A stretch of 64,000 nucleotides of DNA from the human T2T-CHM13v2.0 reference genome, Homo sapiens, in assembly GCF_009914755.1 (NCBI RefSeq), contig NC_060931.1; one strand, given 5' to 3'. The notes under the pieces were generated by a model. The model worked only from the letters and a program-made list of their open reading frames with translations, was not told the origin of the DNA and made no database searches. The number at the start of each line of letters is the position of its first letter. The first letter of the stretch is position 1. Below, one piece after another: positions 38,210 to 53,310 of this stretch. The position numbers and the translations under genes were made by a program.

Positions 38210-39555
38210 GTGTGTGAGCTTTCTATTGCTGCTGTAGCAAGTTACCCCCAACATAGTGCCTTAAGGCAACTGACATTTTCTTTTATCATAGTGTTCTGGA
38301 GGTCAGATGCCTGAAATGGTCTCACTGGGCTAGAATCAAGGTGTCTGCAGGGCTGCAATCCTTCTTGAGGTCAAGGGGACATACTGTTGTGGGGGAGGAA
38401 AAATTCTTTTTTTCTCTATTATTCCATCTTCAATGGCTGGGGCTCATGAATTAACCTGATAAAAGACAGATAAAGAAGAGGAAAACCAGTTATTGTGTAG
38501 GTATGTATGGGAGTTCACAAAGAGAAATGTGTAGATCTTCCCTGATGACCATTCTGTTTTTCACTTTCAGTATAGTATTCAATAAATTACATGAGATAAT
38601 AAATACTTTATTATAAAATAAGCTTTGTGTTAGATTATTTTTCCAATTGTAGGCTAATGTATGTGTTCTGAGCACAGTTCAGGTAGGCTAGGTTAAGTTT
38701 GGTTATGTTTTGAGGTTGGGTGTACTAAATGTATTCTTGGCTTATGATATTTTCAAGTCATGATGGGTTGATGAGGATGTAACCTCATTGTAGATCAAGG
38801 ATCACCTGTATTTTAAGGAAGCAGCCAGATTATTAAGGCTTATATGCCATCCAAGGCTATCTATACAAAGGAAAGGGGGCTTGGGGTTTCTGAGTAGCAA
38901 GGCAAGTTATGGGAAGGTGAGGGGAGGAAATATATGGTGAATGAGTTATCCTGTTTTGCAGAGAAATCTCCCAGGTGATCAGAGTTATTTGGAGAAGCAG
39001 CTCTCTTTTTGGTAGGAGACATCTTTACAGATGAAAATTATCTTAATAATGTAAATTTTCTTTATAAATCTAAATTTCCTTTACCAAAAGGAAATTTATA
39101 CTCTATTTTTAAACAGTTAGGGAACGGTAAGAAGTTTTTCCTGCCTCTGCTGGTTTTCAGTTTGTCTTTAGCTCAAAATAATCCATATGCCAAAGAAACA
39201 TACTTTGGGGTGGTGTATTCTGTTTTCTTGCTTTTTCCAGCTTCCAGTGGCCATCCACATTCCTTGGGTCTGAGCCTCTTTCTCAATCATCAAAGCCAGC
39301 AATGGCAGGTCTAGTTCTTCTCATATCCCATCACTTGGGCACTGACATTTTTGCCTCCTTTCTCCAATAAAAACCCTTGTGGTTACACTGGGCTCACCAG
39401 GTTACCCAGGATAATCGCCCATCTCAAAGCCAGGTGATAAGTAGCCTTAATTTCATCTGCAGCCTTAAATCTCACTTGCCATACAACATAACATATTCAT
39501 GGGCTCTTGGGATTGGGACATGGACATCTTGGGGGAACATTGCCTGCTTCCCACC
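38210..39555. mobile_element. MLT1 LTR (38210-38380 and ~39226-39555) interrupted by another LTR-like element, which itself contains a Tigger4a-like MITE (38532-38808)
   Basis: MLT1 motifs on both sides (ctggaggtcagatg...aatcaaggtgtc; cttttccagcttc...ataacatattca). The Tigger4 motif ttttcactttcagtatagtattcaataaattacatgag ends in ...cctg-ta. Confidence 0.65.
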
Positions 39556-39564
39556 CTTCGTAAG

Positions 39565-40286
39565 TGTAATTGCCTGGTGAGCTCTTCCTGCCCACTGCAC
39601 AGACAAAACCAATTCATTGAGACTGCAGTATTGCAGTAGAGAAAGGGTTTAATTAATGCAGAGCTAGCCAAGGGAAAAAACTGGAGTTATTACTCAAATC
39701 AGCCTCCTTGAGAACTCAGAGGGTAGGGGTTTTTTTTTTTTTTTTTTGGATAATTTGGTGGGCAGGGGACTAGGAAATGAGTTTCGCCGATTGGTTGGGG
39801 ATGAAATCACAAGGATGTGGAAAAATGCAAAAGTCTGAAAAACGTCTCAAGAGACCAATCTTGGGTTTGACAATAGTGATGTTATCTATAGGAGCAATTG
39901 AGGAAGTCACATATCTTGTGATCTTTGGCCCCATGACTCCTGAGCAGCAAGGGATTATAGAAGGCAAGCTAGGGACCAGTGGCTGATTATCATTTAGCTA
40001 CACCTACATTTTAGCAGCATTCAAGCCACTCTCATAATCTTAATCTTGTGGCCTTTTATTAGTCTTACAAGGGCAGGTTCTGTACCTGAGAAATGAGGGG
40101 ATTCATCTTAGGGAGGGACTACTATCAACCTTGCTAAAAAGTTAAACTACAAACTAAATTCCTCCCATGGTTAGCTTGGTATATGCCCAGGAGTGAGCAA
40201 GGACAGCCAGCCTCTGAGGCTAGAAGCAAGGTGGAGTCAGCCATGCTAGACTTCTCTCACTCTCATAATCTGCAAAGGTGGTTTCA
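39565..40286 (-). mobile_element. LTR8-family (ERV1/MER4 group) solo LTR
   Basis: Minus strand begins TGAAACCACCTTTGCAGATTATGA...GACTCCACCTTGCTTCTAGCCTC; TG...CA termini. Confidence 0.75.
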
Positions 40287-41096
40287 CAGGGCCCTTTCCA
40301 TCTGCATCAGCCTGTGAGCCTAGGCCCTCCCTGGGGTCTGTCTGACTCCTGACCCTGTCACTCTCTGGGCCTGCTGGGGGCCTCAGCACATGCTGCCCCT
40401 GCAAGAGAATAGTCCTCCTCTTTCCCTGCCTCTGCCTCCTGAATTGGAAAATGATTTATCTAACCTCACATCCTCTGTGGATCTCCTGTGACCTCACTTC
40501 AGCCTCTGCCTCTACTTCTTCAACCTTCTATAATAGGGCATGTCCCAGGGAGCCTGATGGCTGCATATCTGCCTCTCATAGGCTGTGAGCATCTGAGTGG
40601 GGACTTGGCCTTATCTATCTAACATGATACATGGTATTGTTGATTATTTTTAATTAAGGGAAAAAAATAGAACAAAACATCAGGGACCCTGTGCTTTGAC
40701 AGTCACAGGTTAATATTTTAAATCCTGATCCAAAAGGAACCTAAAAGTGAACACATGGGACTAAAATTAAGCTTTCTGACTATTGTCATTGTTTAGTCAA
40801 TTCAGGCTGTTATAACAAAAGACCACAGACTTGTAAACAACAGAAATTTATCTTGGTGTGTCCTCACGTGGTAGAAGGGGTAAGGGAACTCCCTGGGTCT
40901 CTTTTATCAGGGTGCTAATCCCATTCACAAGTGTTCACCCTCATGATCTGACCAGCTCCCCAGGGCCCCATCTCCTTATACCATCACCTTGGGGGCTAGG
41001 ATTTCAAAATACGAATTTTGGCGGGGAGGCCACAAGCATTTAGACCATGGCAGTCACCAACAGAATCTCTTAAAGATGGCATTATAATTGTTGTAA

Positions 41097-41479
<383 letters not shown>

Positions 41480-41952
41480 ACTGTGTTGAAGTTCATGTAT
41501 AAAATAAAGGAGATTTGGTTCAAAAACATTAAACAGTTTCTGACCCAGGACTTCAATTTGAATCTTTCCAATTTTATCCACTTTTGATAGTCAGAAAAGA
41601 AAATGTTCTTGGCAAAACAACTTTGTTAGTCCGAAGTATGAATTAAACTGGGCTGACCCATGTTCACTTTTGGCCTAAGAATGAAAAGAAACAAGATTTG
41701 ATGTCATCTCCATGTCCTTGGCCTGGAGAAACAGCTGTTCCTATTGTTTGTGGATGAAACTGAAAAATATAACTTTTTTTTTTTAACTACCAAGTCTTCC
41801 CTCAAGGTAAATCACATAGATATCATCACTTACTTCTTCAATCAAGCAAATGTAAGAACTTTTACTGTGGCAAGATCGTGGTGTTATTTTTAGAAGAGGA
41901 AGGTTCTAGGAAAGGAGCTTTATGTCTAAATATTTTTTCATATTGTTGTCAG

Positions 41953-42117
41953 ATTCCCACAGACACTTCCTTGGAGAAGATGGTGTGTTCAGTCTTGTCT
42001 AGCACATCAGAGGATGAAGCTGAGAAATGGGGCCACGTTGGAGGCTGCCACCCTAAGTGGTCAGAAGCCAAAAACTATCTTGTCCATGCAGTCAGCTGGC
42101 TGCGAGTCTACCAACAG
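41953..42117 (+). CDS. ABCA13: ABCA13 exon 9 (165 nt, symmetric; [55 protein letters not shown])
   Basis: ttgtcag|ATT ... CAG|gtgctg. Lies within ORF 41878..42486. Confidence 0.95.
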
Positions 42118-43578
42118 GTGCTGTCCCCTCTCTCTATGTTCTGTTCAAAGGTGTGCCAGTTTGAGTGTCCAAATCCATTCTCCTCCCCTGCCCTGCCATG
42201 TTTACTGTTGGATTTTATGTCCCTCCAAGGAAAGGGCCTTAGGAGCCCCACATCCTGGCCATTGAGTGCACCTTGTCCCATGTGCATCAACTGGCTCCAG
42301 CTCCATAGGCCTAGGCCCTCAACACTCATCACCAAACAGTCTATCCTAGGCTTGCACACACACCTTGGCAACTCAGAAGTTCCTAGACCCATGCTCTGTT
42401 ATTGGTGCATGAGATTGCCCTGGAGTACTATGACCAGCTCTTTGGACATTTGCATGCTAGCATTGGGCATCCCTCTAGCACTTTAAGCTCTGAACTGGCC
42501 TTGTCTCTTCACTCTGGTTTTGACCAGAAGCTCTGTGCACAAACAGTGACTGTGATTTCAGTGACCATAATTTAACAACACGAAGGGAGGCTCTAGTCTG
42601 TCTTTATAGGGATGTTGGTGTGGGGCAGAGGGCCTGAGTGATTAGATTGTTCCTGGCCTCAGAAGCTCATGGAGCCCTGGCTGTTTCACAGCTTTGCGCT
42701 TCTTGGGGAGGTTTTAGAGACTGTGAGGCAGAGCTCCCCTGGCAGTCACTTCCCATTTGTTTTATCAGGCTTTGCCGTCTCTGTCTCATGTTTTTCCTTA
42801 AAGAACACACCTCTTTAACTTTGTTCTCCGCTAATATGTGTCATGTATAAAGGCCAAAATCTCAAATGGTAGATAAAACATCCTTAAAAATATATAGGTG
42901 TTGTCGTCTGCTTCGTGGCACTAAAGTCATCCGGCACTAAAATAATCAAGGGACAGTGCTGAAATGACCAGCATCCAATGGTCTAGTGGACACACTTGCT
43001 TTGTGCATTATCTGGGTAACATAACTCATGGTTAATTAAGGCATAGTTAGCACACATACATGTACATCGTGCACCTCTCCATGCTATCAGGCTTGGGCAA
43101 GAATGATCTATTTTTGTGTAATGTTGATGACAAACCACAGTGCTAATTGACTTCAGTATCATCCTCACCATGTCCGTGTCGTAAAATGACACTTAGTAAC
43201 CATGTATTAACTTTGGTATATATTTAAAAATATGCAAATATATTTATGCTATCCTAAATATGTTCGTTTAGGTTTTAAATTGTATTTCATTTGTTTAGAG
43301 GTGTATGTTATTCCCTTCTCTCTTTTTCTCTTTTGGGGGAAAAAAGAGAAATAAGGCAGAGATTATAAAGTTGTGTGCATCCATTGTTGCAACATGAAAT
43401 CTTTAATTTCTGAGTAGAAATTAAATCATACTGCAATTGCTAACAGACATTTTAATTTACCAAAAAATAAAGATTGGCTGTCTGTCATCTAGAGTGGTAT
43501 GTTAATATTTCTTAACTAAATACTGTTCTTTCCAATTTGCTATTATTAATGCTAGTATTTTGGTTTCCGAATTTGTAG

Positions 43579-43778
43579 GTGTTTGTTCAGTGGCAACAGG
43601 GTAGCCTGCTTCAGAAGACACTCACAGGCATGGGCCATAGTCTGGAGGCTCTCAGGAATCAGTTTGAAGAAGAGAGCAAGCCCTGGAAGGTGGTGGAAGC
43701 TCTGCACACTGCACTGCTCCTGCTGAATGACAGCTTGTCAGCAGATGGCCCAAAAGATAATCATACATTTCCAAAGAT
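43579..43778 (+). CDS. ABCA13: ABCA13 exon 10 (200 nt; [17 protein letters not shown]...NHTFPK-I)
   Basis: tttgtag|GTG ... AT|gtaagt. Matches ORF 43579..43782. Confidence 0.96.
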
Positions 43779-44920
43779 GTAAGTCGCATTTCCCTGTTTG
43801 ATTATTGATTAGGTAGATGACACAGAATGTTAAAGAGTGCGTGATGATACTGTTAGAAACACATTCTGTAAAACTACAGCTAAATAATGAATTTCTTGTT
43901 AGCAAATGGGAAATCAGAGGCTTTCATTGTGGACCATCACCAGGGTAGAAGTCTTGGCAGCACTCTGGATGCCTATTCAGAGGCTGCAATCGACCGAATA
44001 CGGGAGCAATGTTTGAGAAGGTGTCAGTTTCCTAGATTTTAGATTTTATGTCTTTGGCATTTGTTTAAAAATGAATAAATTCATTTCGGAGGCATTTTTA
44101 TGTACAGAACTACCTTACATGAGTAGCTCTTTTCCTAGAATCTTCCTCTTCAAAAAATATGTTTTTATATTTACTTAAAGATTTTGTATAGTTGAAGTGT
44201 TTACATAAGGTCCAGAAATATTGTAGAAGTAGGAAATGGTGGAACTTGTTTCTTCCTTTTTAAGATAACCACAATTGATTCACCAAAATAGCTGACTAGA
44301 TCTTTTTCCTTAGTAGGTGTGGCAGTTTGTAGTAACTTGAATCTTATTATCCTTCTGAAGTTAAGGCTGTCTTTGGAAAAGAAGAATATGATTTCTCAAT
44401 ATTATCTCAAAAATGTGCATTTCAAACCAGGTCACACAAATTCTTGCTCTCTGTGTACCATGAAGGAGAGTTGTGATGACAGAATTGGATAGGACCATAT
44501 TGTGTTCTTATGATTACTTAAGAAATAGCAATTCTAAACACTTCCAGTTCTTTCACATTTTCTGGAACTTTTAGCAAACAGGATCTTGCTTTTGAAGGTC
44601 CTATTTCCTAACTTTTACTTAAGAGATGTTCTGGGGCCTGAGGTGCTTGCGCTAAAGGCAGAAATACAGTTCCCTATCCGGGCCATAAAAGCTACAGGAG
44701 GATGGATGCAGGGAGCCAGCAAGGATGCCTTGAAGTAGTGTTCTAGGCAAAGGGCAGGGACAAAACATCTGTCATAAATGAACAAATGCAGGGACATTGC
44801 ACTGGGGATATTGAAAACCTCCCTGCTGGTCTGTCACTTAATGCACATTAATAGAAACACCACATTAAGTCACCGTAATTATCCTACAAATCTCGAATGC
44901 CCCCTGGCACTTTAGCCTAG

Positions 44921-45449
<529 letters not shown>

Positions 45450-47286
45450 ACCTTCAGCCTTATTTAAATCTTTCTGAGATTCACATGCACCCTTAGCAGA
45501 AAATTGTATATCTTTTATCATTAGCTTTGGTCCAAGAAACCCCATCCCTTTTTCACTACCTTGTCTTCATAGCCAATTGTTCATATATTTTTCTCTTCCT
45601 AAGCTGCAAAGTTCACCCAAAATAAATGGAAATCACACCAGACTCTCAGTTTTCTACTGAGTTTTTCGTGTCATTACAGACTGCCTTTTCTCCTCCAGGT
45701 TCTTTCTGGTTCCTGCCCACGTCCCTGCAGTACGGGTGGCTGAGGTGTGGGAGCTCTTCACCCAGGCTCTAGCAGATAGCGTGGATTTTGGCAAGGCGAG
45801 GACTCACAGAGGTGCCTCTGCGCCTTCCAGCAAGGACTCACCCTTCAATGTCGCACGTTGTTGTGAATGTGAAGTGTCTGTTCACAGATGTGGGGGGAAT
45901 AGTCCCTAGGGTCTGGCCATGTGGTATCCTTGCTTGTCAGAGTTTAAAGAGACTTGACAGTAAGATCCAGGTTCCAAGCCACACAGCATTTCTTTTTTCC
46001 TTGGGGAAAATAAAATAATCTCTTTCTCACTTTCTAGCTCTTTCCAAGTGCCACTCTGCTTCCTTCTCAGTGTAATCCAAAGAGTCAGAACAATGACTAA
46101 CCTAAGCCCAGTTCATTCTGCAGATGGCCAATTCCAAAAGCCATGTGTCCAGCTTCACTCTAGCATGAGGTGTCAGGAGTCTGGTCAGCAGCCAGAAAGC
46201 CCAAGCATGTGGCTCTGATGGAGCAATTGCTCCGCCTTGTAGGGTGATGACGTGGGGATGGGTACCAGTTCCTGCTGGTGTCTTGTAGGAGAATTATCAT
46301 TGGGACCTTGCTCACTCTCTCTATACCCTTTACGGTGCTTGGGTCCATCAGCTCTCCAGCTAGAGAATAGCAGCAACTATTTATCAAGCCTGTGTTCAAC
46401 CCCAAACTATCAAGATGCCATGAAGAGACTGACCACTATGGCACAGAAGTCGAAATGGACGCCAGGCACTCAAAGCAGTGGGATGGCTCCAGCCAGTGGA
46501 ACATTTTGCTTGGGCTTCAAGTAGCTACATCTCTTTCTGCTTTTCTCCTTCTGTAGCTTGCTTCGTTTATCACAGGTGAGGATTCCATGCAGTTGCTCAA
46601 AGACACAGAAAGCCTGGACTCACCTGCTCTGGGCAGTTCTGCTGCCCACAGTGTGGCTATGCCTTGCTTCTCCCTCTCCCGTATTTATTCCCAATTTCAG
46701 GTTCTTCACATTATCAAACTCATTTTCTTTCCAGCTTCTCTTCTCAGTTGTTTCTTCCATGTCTGGAGCCCGTTAGTCTGACATTCTAGGGACTATTTGT
46801 ATTGAGCTGCCTGGGTGGTCGTTCTTCCTTTGACCTTGGAGAATCCTACAGGCATTGCCAATTGGCTCAAGTTGGGACCACTGCGATGGGTCCTGTATAC
46901 CATCACACACCATCTCTATATTTTGAAACTTTTCTCAAAATATTTTTCTATATCTCATTAACTATAGGCTTCAAGGCAAATGTTTTTAGACCCCATGTGA
47001 AACTTTATCCTAACCCTCACTTCTTTTACACACACCTAGGAATATACTTTCCCATTTTGGGGTAAAGAGAATGTTTAATCCATATTCAGTATTGAAAGAA
47101 TCTCCCAATCAGGTGACTCAATGCAATTTGTCAAGAACCTGGTTGTGTGATGAAGTGTGACTTTCAGTCTAGTGAACACACTTCTCAAAGCAGTGGAATA
47201 TTTTCCTTTGAACGGAATTTTTATTTCCCTAATTGGCACTTCGAACTACTTTTCATTTTATTTCATTTATTTATTTTTGCCCTCAG

Positions 47287-47414
47287 ATTACAGCATCTGT
47301 GGAAATTGCAAAGCTTGCTGCAAAACCTGCCCCAGTGGCCGGCACTGAAGAGATTTCTTCAGCTTGATGGAGCTCTCAGAAATGCGATAGCTCAGAATTT
47401 ACATTTTGTCCAAG
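47287..47414 (+). CDS. ABCA13: ABCA13 exon 11 (128 nt; [42 protein letters not shown])
   Basis: ccctcag|A ... CAAG|gtaagc. Confidence 0.96.
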
Positions 47415-48222
47415 GTAAGCTAGCTTTGGTGTTATTTGTCCCTGACTCACTAAGAGTAAATGTGAAATTTATTGGAAAATGGACTTGAAACTGCCTGACA
47501 CATTGTAAAGTTGGGAGATAACTTTGCTGGTGTCATATGCATATTTATGCTTTACTCTGATGCCTTCTAGGGGATTTAAAATACAGCACACCAAGGCTAA
47601 ATAAACAATAAGGGCACAGTGAAGAGCGCATCCTTCTGTTTTCCTTAAGCCCATGCTGTGGCCTATGACAAGCAGTGTCCTAAGGCTGGGTTGACTTTCA
47701 CATTCACGGCAGCATCTGTGGTTTTCAGGCTGGAAAGGGACCAGAGTGCGTTGTGAATAAGCGTATCTTTTGTATTCTGTTCCTTCTACTGCCTCCTCCC
47801 ACCAATGCTTCTTGGTGTCCGGTAGGGAGAGTGTGTTCCCCCTGGGTTTGCAGAATGCCCTTCTTTGAACTTTCTTGACTATGGTGAGCATTATTCTTTC
47901 TTCCCTCTTCTGAGGAAGTTGGGTTTGGACTTTTGCCCAGATGGGCTGCAGCCTTTTCATTTTCTCAGGGAGGAGAGGGAAAAAGTGAGGGGGGATGTTA
48001 CTTTAGAAGTAAAAACTCATTCTCACTAGTCTTTGGAAAGGACAAAATGATATTACAATGACTCCTGTTTTCCTTTCTAAGGAAGAGAAGAAAATGTATA
48101 ATAATAGGTCAAGTTTTTAAAAAATCCATGTTTTCAGGATCCAGTTTATTGATTCATGGCCATGTATAAAAGTCAAGCTTACTTACCTTAGGTGAATAAT
48201 AATCAATTTGTCTACTTTGCAG

Positions 48223-48323
48223 AAGTCCTCATTTGCCTGGAGACATCAGCTAATGATTTTAAATGGTTTGAACTTAACCAATTGAAACTGGAAAAGGATG
48301 TGTTCTTTTGGGAGCTGAAACAG
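48223..48323 (+). CDS. ABCA13: ABCA13 exon 12 (101 nt; EVLICLETSANDFKWFELNQLKLEKDVFFWELKQ)
   Basis: ctttgcag|AA ... CAG|gtaaag. Confidence 0.95.
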
Positions 48324-48573
48324 GTAAAGCACAACAAATAATTATAAATAAGCATTTTTAATAAAACATTCAAGAAGCTCATGCAATATTCAGTTTTGCT
48401 CCTTTTGTGAATTGTGCTAGCTAAAAAAGGGAACAATATGCAGGTTTTTCAAAACTTTATGTTGTGTTTAAAATGTTTATCATTGCTTATTATATTTGCA
48501 GTTCTTGAGCCCATGAAGAGGGTATCTAAGCCTCTTTAAATGTTACTCCTTCCCACTCTTATTAATCTTTTAG

Positions 48574-48741
48574 ATGTTGGCGAAGAATGCTGTCTGCCCG
48601 AATGGTCGTTTCTCTGAGAAGGAGGTCTTTTTGCCGCCTGGAAACTCCAGCATATGGGGTGGTCTCCAGGGACTGTTGTGCTATTGTAACTCCTCTGAGA
48701 CGAGTGTTTTAAACAAGCTACTTGGTTCAGTAGAGGATGCT
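48574..48741 (+). CDS. ABCA13: ABCA13 exon 13 (168 nt, symmetric; MLAKNAVCPNGRFSEKEVFLPPGNSSIWGGLQGLLCYCNSSETSVLNKLLGSVEDA)
   Basis: cttttag|ATG ... GCT|gtaagt. Matches ORF 48574..48762. Confidence 0.96.
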
Positions 48742-49662
48742 GTAAGTATTCTACCATCTTAGCTCTTCTAAGGGCACAAATTTAAGATTAAATTCACCAA
48801 AGATGCTAATATTTAACCTGGAGTTTCGATGAGGAAAGTTTTGCCGTAAGCCCACACACTTAAAGGAAGCTGGCTCTCTGAACTCCAGCTGCCCTTCAAT
48901 GCTGGCCTTTCTGTCTGACTGAAAGGTTGTATGCCACCCGCCTGGCCAAAACCTACTTGAAATTCCTCAAACTTTCAAAACATACCACTTCTTCTTTTCT
49001 GGCTTCCTGGATCCTTGATCTGCTTCATTCTTGGCTGCACATGCTAAGAAAAGCAGAGGAGTCTCTGGTGATTAGTCAATCCCAGCAAAACTGTGGCTTT
49101 GAGTGGTTACAAGCTTTAAAAGTCATATTCCTCTCATGTAACTGCCCAGGACAATGGGCTACCCCTGTTCAGCGCTCAAGTGGGACTGCAGAATGTTGAA
49201 CGATTTGTTTGGAAAGATTATTTTGTCAAGTTCCAGCCCTATTCTTCTTACTGAGAATTAAAATTACAATATTTATATTTTTAGAGTTCATTTTTCTCTC
49301 TCAGTATTACCTATTTTTTTATATCCTTATATACCATGGAAATAAAACCAGTGAAATAATGAAACTAGTGAAATATAAATGGTGTCTCAGCAAAATGAAA
49401 ATTGGGATAGTAATTGAATAGTGTGCATAATTCAATCACCGATTTCTTAGCATCTGCTCTGTGCATGACAGTATGCTGAAGGGAGTACAAACATGAAGAA
49501 GACACTATCTTGGTAGAGAAGGGCAAACAACAGTGAGAGCCTTGGAGCTCAGCATCTAGGAGTCTTCCCAAATAAGTCAATGAGCCTTAGATGAGGTGTA
49601 AGATTTGGAAGCAAAGAGAAGTCAGGAGAGGATGCTAAGCAGGCAGAAAATTATATGTGAAG

Positions 49663-49965
49663 GGCTGGGCATAGTAGCTCATGCCTGTAGTCCCAGCACT
49701 TTGGGAGGTCTAGGTGGGCAGATCGTTTGAGCCCAGGAGTTTAAGACCAACCTGGGCAACATAGCTAAACCCCATCTCTACAAAAATGAAAACAAAAATT
49801 AGCCAGATGTGGTGGCACATGCCTGTAATACCAGCTACTCAGGAGGCTGAGGTGGGAGAATTGCTTGAGCCCAGCAGGTCAAGGCTGCAGTGAGCCATGA
49901 TCACACCATTGCACTCCAGCCTGGGTGACAATGTGAGACCCTATTAAAAAAATAAAGAAAAGAAA
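49663..49965 (+). mobile_element. AluJ
   Basis: Diverged full dimer with TSD agaaaattatatgtgaa/agaaaagtgtatgtgaa. Confidence 0.88.
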
Positions 49966-50164
49966 ATAAATAAGAAAAGTGTATGTGAATGCATGCAGGC
50001 ACAAAAAACATTACCTGTTTGCAAATACCTTTCTTGCTACTAGATGTCAGCTCTTTCCTGGCAGAATTCCTATCTCAAATTTATTTTTATCTGTAAAGTC
50101 TAACTTGTAGTCTCATACGAAGCAGGGAACTATGTATTTATAGGTTACATATACTTGAGGTAGC

Positions 50165-50690
50165 CTTTTGGATGATGCCTACGATACGTATCACTAACAA
50201 ATCACCCCAAAGCTCAGTGACCTAAAACAAAACACATTATTTTCTCGCTCTTCTGACTCTGGGTTGACCAGTCTCCGTGGGGTGGTTCTTCTGATGGTCT
50301 TACTGGGCATCATTCATGTAGTTGCAGTCAGATGGCCGTGAGGGCTGGAGTCTGGTTAGCTAGGATACTGAGACGAGGGCCTCTCATCCTCCTCTCAGAC
50401 TCAAGATGTCTCTTCTCCAGGTAACCTCTCCATATGGCCTTTCAGCAGGGTAGCCAGACTTCTGACATGGCTATCCAGGGATCCCACACACAAGCAAAAA
50501 CAGGCAAGGAGGGAGAGTAGGAGCTGCCAGTCCTCAGAGAAGGTAGAACTAGAACTGGCACAATTCACTTCAGCTGCATTCTATGGGTTTACGTGAGCCA
50601 GATCTCAGCCTAGAGGAATTGTGGAAGGTGGTACTGAGAGTGAGACTCTCAGGGGGTCTGGTTCACAGGCTACTTGTTGCAACTAGCTAA
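50165..50690. mobile_element. Old MLT1 LTR
   Basis: taacaaatcaccccaaagctcagtgacctaaaacaa...cagcagggtagccagactt. Confidence 0.65.
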
Positions 50691-50948
50691 CACAGATAGC
50701 TATGACACTGAGTCCCATCCTACTTTATTATTGGATTAAGTTTTATTTTTGGACTTATTAACCTGAACATGAGTAAAGATTCAAGTCTAGAACTATAACT
50801 TAGATAATTACCATGCCATAGGGCACGATCTTTGATGTACAGTTTGAGTGGACCCCTTGTTTAGTGATACAGGGTCAAGGCTGCGTCTCAAATACCCACA
50901 TCTGAATTGCTTTATTTATTATAAGCAATATCTTCTTTTCTTGTTAAG

Positions 50949-51154
50949 GATCGTATTTTGCAAGAGGTCATTACTTGGCACAAAAATATGTCAGTTTTAA
51001 TACCTGAAGAATATTTGGACTGGCAGGAACTTGAGATGCAGCTGTCAGAAGCAAGCCTTTCCTGTACTCGGCTCTTCCTGCTGCTGGGAGCTGATCCCTC
51101 TCCTGAGAATGATGTCTTTTCTAGTGACTGTAAGCACCAGCTTGTCTCCACAGT
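50949..51154 (+). CDS. ABCA13: ABCA13 exon 14 (206 nt; DRILQEVITWHKNMSVLIPEEYLDWQELEMQLSEASLSCTRLFLLLGADPSPENDVFSSDCKHQLVST-V)
   Basis: ttgttaag|GAT ... GT|gtaagt. Confidence 0.95.
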
Positions 51155-51921
51155 GTAAGTACATGTTTGGTGGGAAACTTATAAACAATTGGGACATCAG
51201 AATGATTTCAACTGCCCCTTCTACACAAATGATAGATCAATATGGTAGATTATATTTTGAATAGAAAGAGGTTCAATTTATTTTAAAAATATTAACCTAC
51301 TGGTACTGTTGGAAAGCATCTAATAACTGTAAAATATGAAAGAGTTCCCTTAATGTTTAACCACTGACTTAATCTTTCATTAGAAATTGAGGATCCCTGG
51401 TAAGTCCAAGGTATGCATGTGATGGAAGTTCTTGTTAATTACTCAGAAATTGTGCACTAAGTACAAATGGGAAGCTTCTCTTGGGAGCTGTAACTCTACA
51501 GAAAATTCGCCTTGATTTTATTTTATGACTCTGTGAATTATATGTGTGATCAATTTCCATTTTCCTTGACTGCTAGGATGTTCTTCGTCAAATATGTCAA
51601 ATAGGGAATATATATTTTCTTAATATTTAAGTTCACTTCCTGTTATGGCCTTTAATTTTCCTCTTTTTTTGTCCTTCTTGATTTATTGTCTTATATTTTA
51701 TGTATTCTCATAAATTGCTTTTCCTTATTTTTCAAATCGAGGTAGAGGAGTTTGTAAACAAACTTAAAAAATTAGTAGAACTATTTGAAAGATTCTATTT
51801 CCTTACATAAGTGGACTGCCATGCATTTGCATATATTTGTTTTTAGAAAAATTTATAATGATCTGTCATCTGCAAGATCATTTTTAAATTTTAATTTTCT
51901 CTGGATTCTTTTTGATTGCAG

Positions 51922-52061
51922 GATATTTCATACACTTGAAAAAACACAATTTTTCCTGGAACAAGCATATTATTGGAAAGCCTTCAAAAAGTTTATCAGG
52001 AAGACTTGCGAAGTGGCCCAATATGTAAATATGCAAGAGAGTTTCCAGAACAGACTATTGG
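51922..52061 (+). CDS. ABCA13: ABCA13 exon 15 (140 nt; IFHTLEKTQFFLEQAYYWKAFKKFIRKTCEVAQYVNMQESFQNRLL)
   Basis: gattgcag|G ... TTGG|gtaagt. Lies within ORF 51785..52078. Confidence 0.96.
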
Positions 52062-52436
52062 GTAAGTCAGTAGCCTAAACTACAGGAATGGGGGATGCTT
52101 TCCCCTTTTAGTGAGGTGACATAATTTCCTGAGAGTCCATCCTATTTAACAAAGCGGGGCTTAAAATGGGTGGCTCTCCAAGCACAATTTGGCATTGTGA
52201 TTACTTCATATAATTTTTTCTCATCAATTATGACAAGACTTACCAGAAGTCCTGGTTTGACTGAGCTACATTGTTCCTGCAAAATTTATAATAGTGACTG
52301 CTTTTACTCTCAAGACTGTCCTGGTTTGGGTGATAAATACTTCTATATGCAGACTAGTCATGATCCTACTCACAAGAGTCCAGATTTTCTGTTGTGGCCC
52401 TTCTCACTTTACTTAGCATTAAGATTGATGCTCACA

Positions 52437-53310
52437 CTGGGGACAACTCCCCATGAACCTATAGAAGAAAACACAAACTGTTTTTCTCTATACACACACT
52501 CAACACTTCCAACACTGCTGTGACCATATGTGTGGATTTGTTCCACAACAAGCAATTCTCCACTTCTCCATTGACACTAACTGGGTGTCCTACAATTCGA
52601 TTCAATTCTCGCACTGTCTGCCTGGAATTAGCATCAGATCCTGCAGGTTAAGGGCTCAGTCCCACAAGATTGCCCCTACTTCAGACGCCAACCCCAAGTC
52701 CAGGCTTCCCTTCTCACTTCTGATCAATTGGGTATAAATCAGGATTCCCATGAACCCCTCGTTGTGTTCAGTAATTTGCTGGTACAAGTCACAGAATGCA
52801 GAAAAACAGCTTACTTCCTAGGTTACTGGTTTATTAAGCAGATATAATTTAGGAACAGTAGATGGAAGAAATGCATAGGGTGAGGTATGTGGGGGCATGG
52901 AGCTTCTATGCCCTCTCCAGGCCTATCACCCTCCCAGCACCTCCATGTCCTCATCAACCTATGAGCACTCTGAACACTGTCCTTTTGGGTTTTTATGGAA
53001 GTTTCCTTATGTAGGCATGATATATTAAATCACTGGACATTAGTGATTGACTCAACTTCCATCCCTCTCTCCCCTACCTAGAGGTTAGAAGGCAGGTAAG
53101 GGAATGGGAGGAGGGAGAACCTGAAAGTTCCAACCTTCTAATTACAGGGTTGGTTCCCCTGACAATCAGCCCCCATTCTGGGGCTATCCAGCGCCTCTAG
53201 TCACCAGTCATTCATTAGCCTACAAAAAGACACCACTTCCTACATTCCAAGGGTCTTAGCAGCTATGTGCCTGTCAGGAAACAATGGCCTAGACCAAATA
53301 TATATGTATG
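52437..53310. mobile_element. MER21-family LTR
   Basis: ctgggtgtcctacaattcgattcaattct...agcatcagatcc...aagggctcagtcccacaagattgcccc. Confidence 0.75.

Noticed and set aside
41878-42486. 202-aa ORF spanning exon 9
   Set aside because: Only 41953-42117 is bounded by splice sites that fit the frame. The remainder looks like chance intronic read-through.
48181-48188. Perfect minus-strand donor (AGGTAAGT) just upstream of exon 12
   Set aside because: No matching antisense exon structure could be supported, and an 8-mer is expected by chance.
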